This document shows, one piece after another, positions 33,401-43,781 of a DNA stretch of 64,000 nucleotides. Every line of letters begins with the position of its first letter. The stretch's first letter is position 1. The notes under the pieces were generated by a model, which was not told the DNA's origin, did not search any database, and saw only the letters and a list, made by a program, of their open reading frames with translations. Origin of the DNA: a virus. Lineage: Duplodnaviria; Caudoviricetes. Where the stretch lies: positions 1,048 through 65,047 of IMG/VR virus record IMGVR_UViG_3300021197_001026; one strand, written 5' to 3'. The position numbers and the translations under genes are program-made.

Positions 33401-36218
33401 CCTTAGCTATGTTGGAAAGCGTTCTGTCAGCCTTGTTTACCTTGAAGTCAGCGTCTTGATCCGCTCGCTTGTCATTAAAGTCATCCCTTGACCCCTGATT
33501 ATTCAACGCATCAGAGTCAGCAAACACAGTGTCAAACTGCTCATTGCCAGGAGGCGCATTTATTACTACCCCTTGGGATCTCAACTCATCTAGCGTCTGC
33601 TCTATTACTTCAACTTCACCATCACGATCAATCACCGTTGTAGCAGCAATCTCTCGAGATGCAGGTTGTTGCATAAGTCTCTGAGCAGCCGTCATCTTTG
33701 TGGTTGCTGGTGTCGTTACAGGTTGTGCCTCAACTACAGCAACAGGGTCACGCACGGGTGATGGGTTTAGTACTCGACCACCACTATCGATGACAGACTG
33801 ATCAATGAGTTCTTGCTTTAACTTCTGAAGCTTCTTTTCACTGAGAGGAGACTGATCTACCAACCCAGAGGCTTGCCGTATACGCTCTATACTTGCGTCA
33901 TTGAAGTCTTGTACAGCTTGTTTGACTGAGCGGAACTGCTCACGGGTGAAGGGCTTGGGGGTAAAGAAGTTCTTTGGCAGCTTGGTTGGCTGATCAAATT
34001 TGGGCAGTGCGCGGATCTGAAAGTATAAAAGCTCACGCTCTGATTGCGTCATCTTGCCAAGGTCTCGCTTACCAACGAAAGCCTTTGCGATAGACTTAAC
34101 TTCGTTTGAGTTGACCTTCGCATCTATGTTCTTGTTATCTAAAAGGTTTTGTATTTCTTTAGCAGCTTTGCCACCTTCTAAATCGACTAGCCCTCTGGGC
34201 ACAGGGCCAGTTCCAATAGCTTGATTTTGTCTGTTGGCAAAGTACCTAGCGTCATCAAGGCTTTTGAATTTAACCTTGGCGTCAGGGCTGAACCCTTCCT
34301 TAATGCTTTGCGCTCGCTCTCTTTGATTCTGTGGGCGAAACGCACTTGTCACTCCGTCCGTTGATGTGACAACAGGCTCGCCCTTTTTGTTGCGGCCTAC
34401 AGTGTAGCTCTCTGATTCTGTTCTAGCCTTTACTTGAATGCCGATCAGGTTATCCATTTGCTCTGGCGTCAGGATTGATGCTGCTTCCTCAGAGGTAAAC
34501 GTGTCAGTCTTTGGTAACCCATTGATGTCCCTGACATTGTTCAGCCTTACAGAGGCAGGCAGATCTGATTGATCTATTGTCGTTCGACCAGTGCGATTCA
34601 GTATCTGCTCGTATGTTGAGTCTTCTGGGAAACTAACAATGTTGCCTTCCGAGTCCTTAGCTACATAGGTGGTGCCAGCGGCCTCATTCAATGCCTTTGC
34701 AGAGAATGTGTTTGCTTCAGGTTGGATAATTCGGCTATGCAATGTTCTCAGCTTAGCAGCTTGATCCTTATCGTAGGACTGAGGTGCCATGTCCATCGCA
34801 TCAGTAGCTTGATCTCTGATGTTTCTATCTATGATCTTGGTGTTTAGTCCATCAACAAGCGAAAGAGCGTCAGACCTTCTTACGGGTTTGCCGTAGTTCT
34901 TGTCAGAACCAGACTCAAACACCTGAAACAATTGAGCGCCTTCAGGGTTTGGCACCTCACGCATCTCAAACTTTCCTGCCTTTGGAAAGTATGGCCCCAT
35001 TACGTTAACAATCTGCTGTGTGTAACTGACATCGGGAGATCGAGGGTTATCTACAGCAGAAGGATCTCGCTTCTCAGCCTCCTGCCTCCGTATCTCTACC
35101 TCTTCAATAGCAGCTAACCGCAGTCTTTCTTGCTCTAATGCAGCCAAGTCTTGCTCGTTCTGAGCCTCTAAAGCTAATTGCTCTACCGCTTGGTTAGCTC
35201 TAGCTAAAGCTTCTGCCTGAACACGTTCGTTCTCGGCAAGCTCCGCTTCAAACTCGATACCGTCAGCAACCTCAACCCCTTGCTGCTGTTCATCTAATGC
35301 CTTCTGATTATTTACCGACTCGACTGATCTACGACCAGCAGCAGATGTCACCACAAGATCAGCAAGCGCACCTACAGCGCCACCTACAGTCAGGTCATCT
35401 AGGAATGACTCACCGACTTGTAAGTTCTCGTTATAGAAGCCTTGTTCTATAAGATCTTGCGCTATACCGACAGAAGTTTCTGTGATTGCTTCAACACTGC
35501 CTGTTCCAGCAGCACTCTTTAACTGATCGATGACCTTGCTTTTAACCTTATCATCAGCAGCTTTTCTTATATTGCGAAACAAGCGCATTGGAGTTGCCAA
35601 CTCAGCAAGACCAAGGGCCGCGCTAGACATTATCGCGGCATCTTCTGTAGCCTGGTCTACATTGATACCTGCATCCCTAGCTGCCTGTATACGTTGAGCT
35701 TGTTCACCCGTATTGAAACCTACACCAAGACCGGCGACACCACCGACTTCAACGCCTTTGAGCGCCTTACCACCTGCACCTGCAACGCGAGCAAGAACAC
35801 CTGGGGTCAAGAAGGTTGCAAGAGAGCCAAGACCTTCACCTACTTTAGTGGTGAACGCATCTTGATATTGCTCGTCTGGAGCTAGGAAGCTTTGATTGAC
35901 GGCCTTGCGGCCTTCTCTGGCGAGTCGTACTAGCTCGTTCTCCTCACCTGTATCGATGAGGTTTTCAAGGCCAAAGTAGTTTGTGGTTGCGTCAGCAAGC
36001 TCTGCAATACCTTCAGCAGATGATAAGAACCCAGAAGCAAATCCTCTGGGCACAGCCTTAATAAACTCACCCGTTTGATCGAGGATTGAATCTTCTTCAG
36101 CTACGGGTGCTCCGTAGTATTCAGAAAATATATTATCAAGCTCGGCCTCTGTCGGAGGGGTTTCCCCCGTAAGGCTAAGCGTCCTACCTAAAGGGTCAGT
36201 GACCGTAAATGTTGGCAT
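30414..36218 (-). CDS. Large internal virion/ejection protein with C-terminal LPD38-like domain
   Basis: 1934 aa, last late gene; NLTVNFNRSG...LYLFFNASVQG...IPLPYGYN...F.GAPV. Confidence 0.75.
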   Translation of the reverse strand: MPTFTVTDPLGRTLSLTGETPPTEAELDNIFSEYYGAPVAEEDSILDQTGEFIKAVPRGFASGFLSSAEGIAELADATTNYFGLENLIDTGEENELVRLAREGRKAVNQSFLAPDEQYQDAFTTKVGEGLGSLATFLTPGVLARVAGAGGKALKGVEVGGVAGLGVGFNTGEQAQRIQAARDAGINVDQATEDAAIMSSAALGLAELATPMRLFRNIRKAADDKVKSKVIDQLKSAAGTGSVEAITETSVGIAQDLIEQGFYNENLQVGESFLDDLTVGGAVGALADLVVTSAAGRRSVESVNNQKALDEQQQGVEVADGIEFEAELAENERVQAEALARANQAVEQLALEAQNEQDLAALEQERLRLAAIEEVEIRRQEAEKRDPSAVDNPRSPDVSYTQQIVNVMGPYFPKAGKFEMREVPNPEGAQLFQVFESGSDKNYGKPVRRSDALSLVDGLNTKIIDRNIRDQATDAMDMAPQSYDKDQAAKLRTLHSRIIQPEANTFSAKALNEAAGTTYVAKDSEGNIVSFPEDSTYEQILNRTGRTTIDQSDLPASVRLNNVRDINGLPKTDTFTSEEAASILTPEQMDNLIGIQVKARTESESYTVGRNKKGEPVVTSTDGVTSAFRPQNQRERAQSIKEGFSPDAKVKFKSLDDARYFANRQNQAIGTGPVPRGLVDLEGGKAAKEIQNLLDNKNIDAKVNSNEVKSIAKAFVGKRDLGKMTQSERELLYFQIRALPKFDQPTKLPKNFFTPKPFTREQFRSVKQAVQDFNDASIERIRQASGLVDQSPLSEKKLQKLKQELIDQSVIDSGGRVLNPSPVRDPVAVVEAQPVTTPATTKMTAAQRLMQQPASREIAATTVIDRDGEVEVIEQTLDELRSQGVVINAPPGNEQFDTVFADSDALNNQGSRDDFNDKRADQDADFKVNKADRTLSNIAKAADQDPITQENIDGNIKPPVISRAEQGLPDNEYSSFETPVMTRGDRFIFNVADKFIGLKKIEAAINKARKALGQEPIAALDSAYMGEESIAGKIGERGRVFKRDEVQPLVDEIAAANTQKTTGEAIKELDDFLILRHALERNKRIAQINDAIPDGGAGSIVVDGQEVRLTNEYVANRMLNEYGLKWNDKTGEWSGGNQRAKVLQNLAGRIDNIVKGTIDTNTEGGLYSKEDQKLLSGFYKYYVPLRGKEIEDDFSTQFLSPTSGSSGKMSIEGAEARKALGRATAADSPLATVLADRERAIARSAKNKEFGERLYRLAKDNPNSAAWEVYDQDNPNYQRMLESVYTYLPTGQRVQKIPPGTPESERKLYVKKVILKEGMKLPREMFGVKINGEQVAIDIKDDNLRKALLNLDASNSSKIVQALGNVNRFLSTVNTSLNPEFVVGNFARDIQTAVYNIIGEQSMADGKAMDTRIVSKVIKDTMPSIRAFYRGFRGSDKQTDQQRKDYDEYITAGAKADWFHSRAPEEQKATIDNMIEMAKGTFSGNFRSRYESIRDLVEDTNAAVENGVRFASFKAARDEFIENGFSREEAIAKAATLAKNLTVNFNRSGDQGQLLNSLYLFFNASVQGTMNFARGLNVFDPNSSRIKQGMVASMVGSGALLAALAEEMSDEDDNGESYYANIPNYVKERNIVIMKDNGKDYHTIPLPYGYNAFHVLGANIQEMMSGSKSPEEAATLVTKALLGSFNPIGISESKDFTTMLAKTGSPTVGQPFLEILSNENFFGAPVYSEQVPYGVEQPLSQLSKDSTFAGFKAAAKIMNGLTGGNESVPGTLDFSPDKLQHLFNYALGGAGATGLRTVEAFRKLTNDEDISVNDVPFLRRIAGEVDHRTSQTDFYDRRTKVLQIDNQIDVLDDLAKRRKYIEDNRPMLSMTALIKSTDKRIRLINKQLRRLRATAAENPASAKMYAEQEEELQAKKKAAYDRFNARYNEVIGRAE

Positions 36219-38951
36219 TTAAGGAGATTCCGATACGCTATAACCACCTATGCTTTTAGGTGCTGAAGCAGGTTCTTTAACAGTATCAACGCCCTCGAAC
36301 CCAACACCAAGCCTTGCCGCTAACTCAGAAGCTGTTCTGTTGTATAGCGCAAGAAGACCGTTTGCTCCCAAAGACTGGACAGTCATTTCATCAAGATTTC
36401 TGAGGTATTCTTTTGCTCCATCTAAAGCTGCGGTTCTTAAAAGGTTCTGCTGCTTTTTCTCATCTCTTTCATCTCTGGCTCTTTGCAGAGTTCCATCCTG
36501 CTCTAACTTAGCTATCGCTAAATCATAAGCTGCGCCTTGCTGGAACGCAGCCTTCTCGGCTTGCGCCTGAGTAAGACCGAAGTCCTTCATGGCATTAACT
36601 TCAACAGTCAAAGCTTTTATCTCATCCTCGCTTTCACTCAAAGATTTTTGATAAGCAGCATCTATTTGAGATTTCTTCAGTCCCATCTGAGCGGCTTGCT
36701 GTCTAGACTTCAACGCTCTTCGCTCTGCGTTGCTTGCTGCAACAGCCTTTGCGGCTCCACTGAGACCAGAACTTAAATCGCCCTTGGCAATACCAGCACC
36801 CAAGGCAAGAAGTGCCTGACTGCCTCGCTCTCTGCTCAGCGCCTCCATCTCTGGTCTCATTTGATCTTCGTATTCTTGGATCAATGTTGAGTAATCTAGC
36901 CCAGGTCGCTGTCGATCACGGATAGCGTCAGCAAGAGTATTTGATTTATTTAATGCGTTAAGAGCGCCAGAACCTTCTCCTGTCAGAGCAGTCTTGTAAT
37001 CAGCGATCCTTTGGTCAAGACCACTAAGAAGGGTTGAGCCTGTGCCCTGAACGGATTTACCAGCGGCACCGTCTCTGTTGGTATCCTTCTGGTCTACTGA
37101 AGTTGATCTATCTGATGCACTTGAAGCTGTGTCTGGTCTACCGGCGAGGTCAACAACCTCTGGATCAACAGCAGTTCCTGTCTCCACACCCCTTTTAGCA
37201 TCAACCTGAACAGCACTAGACTGGTTGTTGGCTATATCAATTAAGTTCTCTGCCATGTTAAAGCGAGGGCTACCCACGCCAGGTATTTCTATTCCAGCAG
37301 CTTCAAAAGCAGCGGCTAATGGGCCTGCCGTTTGTGGAGTTATGTCGCTTTGTATGCTCCCAAATTCTTCTCTATAAGAAGGCAAGGCTGTACGTTCGCC
37401 CATTGTTAAAGGCTCGCCTCTTTCTGCTTTAGCGACGATATCTTGATATGCAGACATCCTACTATCCGAAAGATCATAGTCTATGCTTTTAGCCCCCGAT
37501 GCCCCCATACCAGACCTGACTACTCCGTATGGCCCCCTACTCCTTACTGGTCGTCGCTGACTGGCAAAGGCTTTCTGTTCTTCCGTTAGCTCTGGGCCAG
37601 CCATCATCTGATTGATTCTGTCTACAATACTCATGCTTTCTTCTGACTGAGTAAAATCACCAACAGCAGGGCTTGCTTCTCTTCCACGCCTAGCTTCAGA
37701 TCCAGCGATCAACTGTTCTATCAACGCAGTATCTTGTGGTGCTGGCGCATCGAATGTTCCTACGGCAGGACTTGGTTCTCTGTTACGTCTTTCTTCAGAA
37801 CCAGCAATCAACTCTTCTATTAAGGCATTGTTTATTGTCGGGGGGGCATCGAATGTGCCTACTGCTGCACCCGCCTCTTGATTACGCCGCGCTTGAGATT
37901 CTGCGACTAGTTGCGCTGCCAAGGCAGAGTTATCAACCGCTGGCGGGGCGCTGACTGGAGCAGACCCATCAACGCTAGATGGAGGTAGCATATCTGAACC
38001 AAGCAGATTACCTACGTCACGTCGGCCTGTAGCTGGAGGTGGTGCAAGCGAAGTGTTAATTGCTTGTCTATATGAAGCAAAGTCAGGCATGGCGAAGTCA
38101 GGCATGGCAAAGCCTGCTTGAGCGACAGGACTCGCTGGGGTAGACCTTAGAGATTGTATCTGAGCTTGCAAGGCATCTGCCGTTCCCTCTGGGGCACTAC
38201 CTATTCCTCTTTGTGAGGGCATTGGCATTTCGTCAGGAACATTTGGCAGTGTCTGAGACTGTGCCATCTCTCTAGTGGTGAAGCCGACTTGAGGAGATAA
38301 CAGATCATCTGTTGTTCTTGGTTCAATAAACTCCATACCTGCTGGGATATTTCCCTGTTGTCTTGCAAAGATGTCAGCATATGCATCTTGACTGTAAGCA
38401 TCAGGCTGCATAGTCGCTTCCATAGTCCCTAGCGTCGGCAAACCAAGCTGAGCCATCTGCGACTCATTAAGCTCTAGCCTACGAATCTCTTGTGCAATCT
38501 GCTCATCAGTCAAACCTTGCGCCCTTAACTCTGCAAGTCTTGGGTCATCAACGAAGGGAGTGGCGCTACCATTAGCCATCTGAACTACACCACCCGCATA
38601 CATACCCATAGGAGGCTGCTGCATCGGCATCTGTGGAGGCATTTGTGGAGGCATACCTTGCTGCATTCCCTGCGGAGGCATACCTTGTGGCGGCATAGAT
38701 GGCGCACCAGCAAGCGCCTGCATCTCAGGCTGCGGGGCACCCATAGCAGCAATACCCTGCTGCATCACCTGATCCTTCACAGTGCCTTGATTCTCTTGTC
38801 GTTTCTGAAACCGTTGACGCATGTCACCACGCCGCTGTATCTCGGATACGACTAAAAACTGTGGAACTTGTCCTGTAGGCTGCTTGGCTTCCTTCTGTAA
38901 GGCTTGATCAGGCAAGCCTTTGATCATGTCTTCGATTTCTAATATGTTCAC
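36219..38951 (-). CDS. Internal virion/ejection protein
   Basis: 910 aa, Q/P/A-rich with MxxGG motifs; position. Confidence 0.65.
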   Translation of the reverse strand: MNILEIEDMIKGLPDQALQKEAKQPTGQVPQFLVVSEIQRRGDMRQRFQKRQENQGTVKDQVMQQGIAAMGAPQPEMQALAGAPSMPPQGMPPQGMQQGMPPQMPPQMPMQQPPMGMYAGGVVQMANGSATPFVDDPRLAELRAQGLTDEQIAQEIRRLELNESQMAQLGLPTLGTMEATMQPDAYSQDAYADIFARQQGNIPAGMEFIEPRTTDDLLSPQVGFTTREMAQSQTLPNVPDEMPMPSQRGIGSAPEGTADALQAQIQSLRSTPASPVAQAGFAMPDFAMPDFASYRQAINTSLAPPPATGRRDVGNLLGSDMLPPSSVDGSAPVSAPPAVDNSALAAQLVAESQARRNQEAGAAVGTFDAPPTINNALIEELIAGSEERRNREPSPAVGTFDAPAPQDTALIEQLIAGSEARRGREASPAVGDFTQSEESMSIVDRINQMMAGPELTEEQKAFASQRRPVRSRGPYGVVRSGMGASGAKSIDYDLSDSRMSAYQDIVAKAERGEPLTMGERTALPSYREEFGSIQSDITPQTAGPLAAAFEAAGIEIPGVGSPRFNMAENLIDIANNQSSAVQVDAKRGVETGTAVDPEVVDLAGRPDTASSASDRSTSVDQKDTNRDGAAGKSVQGTGSTLLSGLDQRIADYKTALTGEGSGALNALNKSNTLADAIRDRQRPGLDYSTLIQEYEDQMRPEMEALSRERGSQALLALGAGIAKGDLSSGLSGAAKAVAASNAERRALKSRQQAAQMGLKKSQIDAAYQKSLSESEDEIKALTVEVNAMKDFGLTQAQAEKAAFQQGAAYDLAIAKLEQDGTLQRARDERDEKKQQNLLRTAALDGAKEYLRNLDEMTVQSLGANGLLALYNRTASELAARLGVGFEGVDTVKEPASAPKSIGGYSVSESP

Positions 38952-38953
38952 TA

Positions 38954-40741
38954 TCAGCCTCTCATGGCGTTATACAGACCTACACCGCCGATACCGGCAC
39001 CAAGCAACTGTTGTGTATCACTTGGGCCACCGAATGTAGCTGTTGATGTGCCTGGTGTAACAGGTAGTCCCTGAAGCATCTGGCTAAAGAATGCAAGCTG
39101 CTCTCTTGGGAACGCTTGTTGTCGCAAGAAGTCTTGATAACCCAAGTCGAGGCCACGCTGTTGAGAACCTCTTCTGATCTCGCCAGCCGCCTGCAAGTTA
39201 CGCAACCGCTCGAAAGCCATACGCTGCTCATCAGTGCCTAGCTGACCAAGAAGCCTTGAAGCATCAAGCTGTTGGCCTCTTGTTGCACGATCAGCATCCA
39301 TACCAGCAAACCCAAGACGGGCGCGTGTTTCTGCAAGCTGGGCGTTCTCTGCTCTTGCTCGCATACGAGCTTCATTTTCAGCCTGATTAACACGCTCTTG
39401 AATTTCTTGTGCGCTAAGACCAAGCCTTGCAGCTTCTTGTCTAGCAGACTCTTGAGCTTGGAATACAGCACGGTTTTCTTGTTGCTGTGCCAAACGCATC
39501 TGTTCGTTCTGGCTGAACTGATCCTGCTGGAATCGCTCTTGTGCTTGCCTTGCAGCGTCTTCCTGCTGTTGTGCAGTCATTCCCATCTCGGCAGCACGTT
39601 GTCTTGCTTGCTCTGCTGCTTGGAACGCTTGCTGCTGGAACTGCTCGCGTTGTGCCGCAACATCAGCGGTCTGACCAAATGCAGACTGACGGAACTGTTC
39701 CTGAGCTTGTCGTGCTGCATCAGCTTGTTGCTGGGCTGTCATGCCCATTTCAGCGGCACGTTGTTTCGCTTGTTCGCCTGCCTGATAAGCCGACTGACTG
39801 AACGCTTCACGTTGCTGCTGAGCCTGATCTAGCTGACCAGCAGCAGTCAAACCATACTGAGCTTCTTGCAGTCTAGCTGCACGGTCAGCCTCAAATGCTT
39901 GTTGTGCTTGATCAAACGCTGCTTGACCACCTCGAGTTTGTATGTCGGCAAGCTGCTGACCCAAGTTGCGCTCTCGTTCTGACTGCATGATCGCTTCACG
40001 ATAACCACCAAGACCACCTGATGAGGCTGCTTGTTGCGATATGTTTGCCCCTTGGATGTCAGACTGGCGTTGAGCTTCTCGTTTTTCTATGTCCGTCACC
40101 AACTGCTGGTACGGGTTCATATAAGATTCTAGTGTTGCAGGATCAGCGATGGTGCCTGCTTGAAAGCCTGAGCCTAAGTCCATCTCACCTGTGTATTGAG
40201 ACTGTATGTCTCTAGCTTGATATCCAGGATCAAACGTGCCTGCTTGATAGCCACTTTCTAGCGGCCCCATATCAAAACCTGACTGACGCTCTCTGGCCTG
40301 ATAACCAGGGTCAAAGGTTCCGGCCTGATATCCAACACCACGCTGACCAGCATTATACCCTTGGCCTAAGAAGTCGGCCTGATAACCACTGCCAATATCA
40401 CCCGCCTGATATCCTGAGTACTGCATCGGAGGTCTAAACCCACTAGCGATATCCATACCCATACCGACATCTTGAAAGCCCACATTAGCGGCGATGTTCG
40501 ATGCGTCAGTGATCTGTTGTGGAGTACCTGCCTGAGCCATCTCAGCCATACCTTGCATGCCGTACTGCTCAAAGGGATCGAACTCAGCAATACGTTGACC
40601 AGGAAACGCCTCATAAGGGCGAGTTGATTCGTATACAGTTCTACCTAGCAGTTCCTGAAAAAATGGTTCTGCATACTCAGGAAGATTTGTTTGTGTTACT
40701 ACGCTCTCTTGAACGCCACCGCCGCCACCACCTTTACTCAT
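38954..40741 (-). CDS. DNA ejection/pilot-like protein with internal repeats
   Basis: MSKGGGGG...TNLPEYA.P, YMNPYQQ, GYQAGTFDPGYQAR twice, QRAAEMGMTAQQQ twice. Confidence 0.65.
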   Translation of the reverse strand: MSKGGGGGGVQESVVTQTNLPEYAEPFFQELLGRTVYESTRPYEAFPGQRIAEFDPFEQYGMQGMAEMAQAGTPQQITDASNIAANVGFQDVGMGMDIASGFRPPMQYSGYQAGDIGSGYQADFLGQGYNAGQRGVGYQAGTFDPGYQARERQSGFDMGPLESGYQAGTFDPGYQARDIQSQYTGEMDLGSGFQAGTIADPATLESYMNPYQQLVTDIEKREAQRQSDIQGANISQQAASSGGLGGYREAIMQSERERNLGQQLADIQTRGGQAAFDQAQQAFEADRAARLQEAQYGLTAAGQLDQAQQQREAFSQSAYQAGEQAKQRAAEMGMTAQQQADAARQAQEQFRQSAFGQTADVAAQREQFQQQAFQAAEQARQRAAEMGMTAQQQEDAARQAQERFQQDQFSQNEQMRLAQQQENRAVFQAQESARQEAARLGLSAQEIQERVNQAENEARMRARAENAQLAETRARLGFAGMDADRATRGQQLDASRLLGQLGTDEQRMAFERLRNLQAAGEIRRGSQQRGLDLGYQDFLRQQAFPREQLAFFSQMLQGLPVTPGTSTATFGGPSDTQQLLGAGIGGVGLYNAMRG

Positions 40742-41249
40742 CGTCAAAACTCCTTTCGTAGACCACATACGACCTAGAAAAACCATCTTGCTCAAGCCAC
40801 TTCCAGAAACCCATTCGGGCCGTAGCTTCTATACCTGAGCAACCGTTATCTTTACCCCAATCCTTAAATCTTTCCAGCATATCCCAGACCCAATCATTGA
40901 ATCTGTCGCCGCCTAGAAACTGCACAACAACCATTCGCTTCTCTGGATATTGAATAATCTCAGTGGTGCCAACGCCATCTATGTTGTGAGCTTCATCAAA
41001 TGCAACCCACAACTGCTGGTTGCCGTTCAGAATCGACGCATACAAGAACTCCATGTTCCATCGACCTTGAGACCTCTTCACCGCTCTAGCCAACTGATCC
41101 CTGACATCAGGCCAAAGGCTGTTCAGGTAGTTGGTAGGCACCATTGTGATGGTGTGAGTTATCTCTCTAGGCAAGTCTTTCCGAGAAACCTTTGGCTCTC
41201 TAGAAATGTCTTCTATTCTGCTTGCGTCAAACTCTAGTAGGCTGCTCAT
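40734..41249 (-). CDS. GNAT-like virion assembly protein
   Basis: QLWVA...T.I..YP...FLGG...GCSGIEATAR.G. Confidence 0.55.
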   Translation of the reverse strand: MSSLLEFDASRIEDISREPKVSRKDLPREITHTITMVPTNYLNSLWPDVRDQLARAVKRSQGRWNMEFLYASILNGNQQLWVAFDEAHNIDGVGTTEIIQYPEKRMVVVQFLGGDRFNDWVWDMLERFKDWGKDNGCSGIEATARMGFWKWLEQDGFSRSYVVYERSFDDE

Positions 41250-43261
41250 GCTGGCAATGCACCTCCGGCTTTAGCACCCAGCGGTGCAGGTTGTTGCATG
41301 GTTCCTGTTCGATCTTGGCGAACACGATCCATCATCCCCTCTAACTCTTGAACACCAGAGTTTGTATCGCCATCACCTATGCCAGAAACGACATCAGCAG
41401 GGACAATGAACTCACCAGGAGACACAGCTACGGGTTGTTGATCACCGATCATGCCTGGCACCTGATCATCCATACCTTTGCCTTCGCCTTGAATGACACC
41501 TTCTTTCTGTGAATTAGGTACAACAGACTCAAGCACCTGTGACCTAAGCATTTGGAATGCCTCAGAACCGAACTCATCAATGAATCGGTTAATCACAATC
41601 TCTGCTTGCTCTTCAGGCAATCTGCCAAGTAGCGCCATAGATACTTGCTCAATGAGCATCATTGCAGCCGACTGATCCATCTGACCAGTGGTGTCACCAC
41701 CTTCCTGCATGCCATACCTAGAGCCATACGTCTGAGCCATAACTTCATCGAAGTAATCTTGACCGCCTCTGCCTTCTTCTTCGTATTTGTCCACAACGTT
41801 TTGCGCGGCTTTGCGCTTTCTTGTTGAAGCAGACTTTCTATCAAGTATTTCTTGAGCAGCTTGTACGTTCGCAGGAAGAGACCTAGCGCCAGCCATGCCG
41901 CCACCCTTACCAACAGCGCCAATCCCTTGATATAAAGATGGGTCTATAGGCATTCCAGCACCAGGTATTCCTGCATTTGCGCTACCAGCTTTAACCGCTT
42001 CTAAAGCAGCGTCTGACTCAGCTTCTGTTGGCTGTCTGAAGTAACTAATCTCAGGCTGAAACCCAGGTCTAGCGCCAACAAGCTCTTCTGGCTTAATCAC
42101 CTCTGGCCCTCGAAGCCTAGACTGCCGCCCTGCTGGAGCACCGAATCCACCCATAGTGCCGACATTCCCAAGGTTTACTCCTCGAATCTCTCCTGGGCCA
42201 CCCTCTCTCATTTGAACAGGTTGTCTGCCCATCATTTGTAGTTCTGCGTGACGGCGCTGGAAGTCATCTGGGTTTATAGAGGTGATACCACCGCCCATCA
42301 TTCCGTAATCACGTCCGTATTCCTTGGAGTAATCAATGCCGTAGTCAGATCCAGCTTGTCGGATAGACGCATCGACAATGCCTTGAGCATCTCGAAGGTC
42401 TTGCTCCTTCTCTGCTGCTCGCTCACCGTACATACGATCCATTTCTTCCTGCTGCCTGAACGCAGCACGTTGACCTTCGCCTATAGCGATAGGTGCTGCT
42501 GCCATTGGATTCAAAAGACCTTTTGCTGTCGCTCCTAAACCTTCTGCAACACCACCCTCAGTTCCTGGAAAAACCCCAGCGGGTTGCTTGCCTCGAATAA
42601 CGTCTAGGGGAGTCATAGATGAAGCACCCGCTTGGGCATCGGTTAGAGCTTTTGTTGCTGTTGTGGCATCTACACTTGCAGGGAGTTGTGAAAGGGCGTC
42701 AGCAGTAAGTGTGCCTTTAGCGCCTATTTGCGCCCCAGAGACCGCTGCATCTGCCGCCTTTGTTGCATCTGCCGCTGCTTTAGCTGCCTGATCAACACCA
42801 GCAAGAGCTTTTGCTCCAGTCTCGAAAGCCTTACCAATCCCGAAGCCCGTGAGTCCAGATATCAGACCCTCTTTAATGTCGCCAGTCACTGCCGTAGTAG
42901 CTAGACCAGAACCAATTGCGCTCGCGGCGGGAGCAGATAAACCTGCAAGCGTACCAGCAAGGCCGGTTCCAGCAGCAGCCCCTGCACCAACAGTGCCCAA
43001 GCCCAATGCGCCAGCGCCAGAAGCAAGCGCCCCTGTGATGGTGCTACCGAACATGCTACCCAGCAGTGGAGCGAGGAAAGGCAAGAAAGCCTCCGGCTGT
43101 CCTGTCATCGGGTTGGTTGTGAGTTGCCCTGTGGGCGACAGAGAGGCTATACCAGCCACCTCTATCGGGTTCATGTGAACCATCATGCTGTCGCCGTATC
43201 GGCCTTGCTGGGCCATCTGCTGCGCCATAGGCTGCATTGGGAACATGTTTGGATTGTTCAT
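41246..43261 (-). CDS. Internal virion/ejection protein
   Basis: GRYGDSMMVHM...LTTNP.TG.PEAF, a G/A-rich hydrophobic stretch, C-terminal G.G..D...GEFIVPADVV. Confidence 0.7.
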   Translation of the reverse strand: MNNPNMFPMQPMAQQMAQQGRYGDSMMVHMNPIEVAGIASLSPTGQLTTNPMTGQPEAFLPFLAPLLGSMFGSTITGALASGAGALGLGTVGAGAAAGTGLAGTLAGLSAPAASAIGSGLATTAVTGDIKEGLISGLTGFGIGKAFETGAKALAGVDQAAKAAADATKAADAAVSGAQIGAKGTLTADALSQLPASVDATTATKALTDAQAGASSMTPLDVIRGKQPAGVFPGTEGGVAEGLGATAKGLLNPMAAAPIAIGEGQRAAFRQQEEMDRMYGERAAEKEQDLRDAQGIVDASIRQAGSDYGIDYSKEYGRDYGMMGGGITSINPDDFQRRHAELQMMGRQPVQMREGGPGEIRGVNLGNVGTMGGFGAPAGRQSRLRGPEVIKPEELVGARPGFQPEISYFRQPTEAESDAALEAVKAGSANAGIPGAGMPIDPSLYQGIGAVGKGGGMAGARSLPANVQAAQEILDRKSASTRKRKAAQNVVDKYEEEGRGGQDYFDEVMAQTYGSRYGMQEGGDTTGQMDQSAAMMLIEQVSMALLGRLPEEQAEIVINRFIDEFGSEAFQMLRSQVLESVVPNSQKEGVIQGEGKGMDDQVPGMIGDQQPVAVSPGEFIVPADVVSGIGDGDTNSGVQELEGMMDRVRQDRTGTMQQPAPLGAKAGGALPA

Positions 43262-43590
43262 TAGCTGGTCTCCACTCCAAAGAGGTTAAAGCTTACATTG
43301 GCGGCACTGGCGTAAACCTTAACCACATCTGCTTGAGAAAGGCACATCCCGATCACAACCGTTCTAGAGGTGGTTGCTGCGAGAGCTTCATCGAAAAATA
43401 TAAATTGCTTGTCATCTGCTGACGCACCACCCACATGGATGCTCACCCTGAACGTGATAGCAGATCCGCTTCGGTTGCATATCACCAGTGAACTTACTGT
43501 GGTCTGGGCTAGATTAGGTGTCGTGTACAACGTGGTCGTTGTCGTTGCTGATACATCAACTTGACCAAGTACCTTGATAACGTCTGTCAC
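43261..43590 (-). CDS. Small tail-associated structural protein
   Basis: Beta-rich; TTLYT.P motif; position. Confidence 0.6.
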   Translation of the reverse strand: MTDVIKVLGQVDVSATTTTTLYTTPNLAQTTVSSLVICNRSGSAITFRVSIHVGGASADDKQFIFFDEALAATTSRTVVIGMCLSQADVVKVYASAANVSFNLFGVETS

Positions 43591-43781
43591 GATGCACCCA
43601 TCAACAAGAACTGGAACCTACGCATGGCAAGCGATCCCGTCTTGTCACCTTGAGTCTTGGCTTGAATCACATCGTTTTCGATCTGATCCATAGCTTGTTC
43701 GATTGTTCTACGAGTGATTGCCTCATTACCGACATCGTATTCTGGGGCAGGCACCGGCAGTGGATTCTGTCTAGTCGCCAT
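43587..43781 (-). CDS. Small tail-associated protein
   Basis: LPVPAPEYD motif; coupled to the nozzle gene. Confidence 0.55.
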   Translation of the reverse strand: MATRQNPLPVPAPEYDVGNEAITRRTIEQAMDQIENDVIQAKTQGDKTGSLAMRRFQFLLMGAS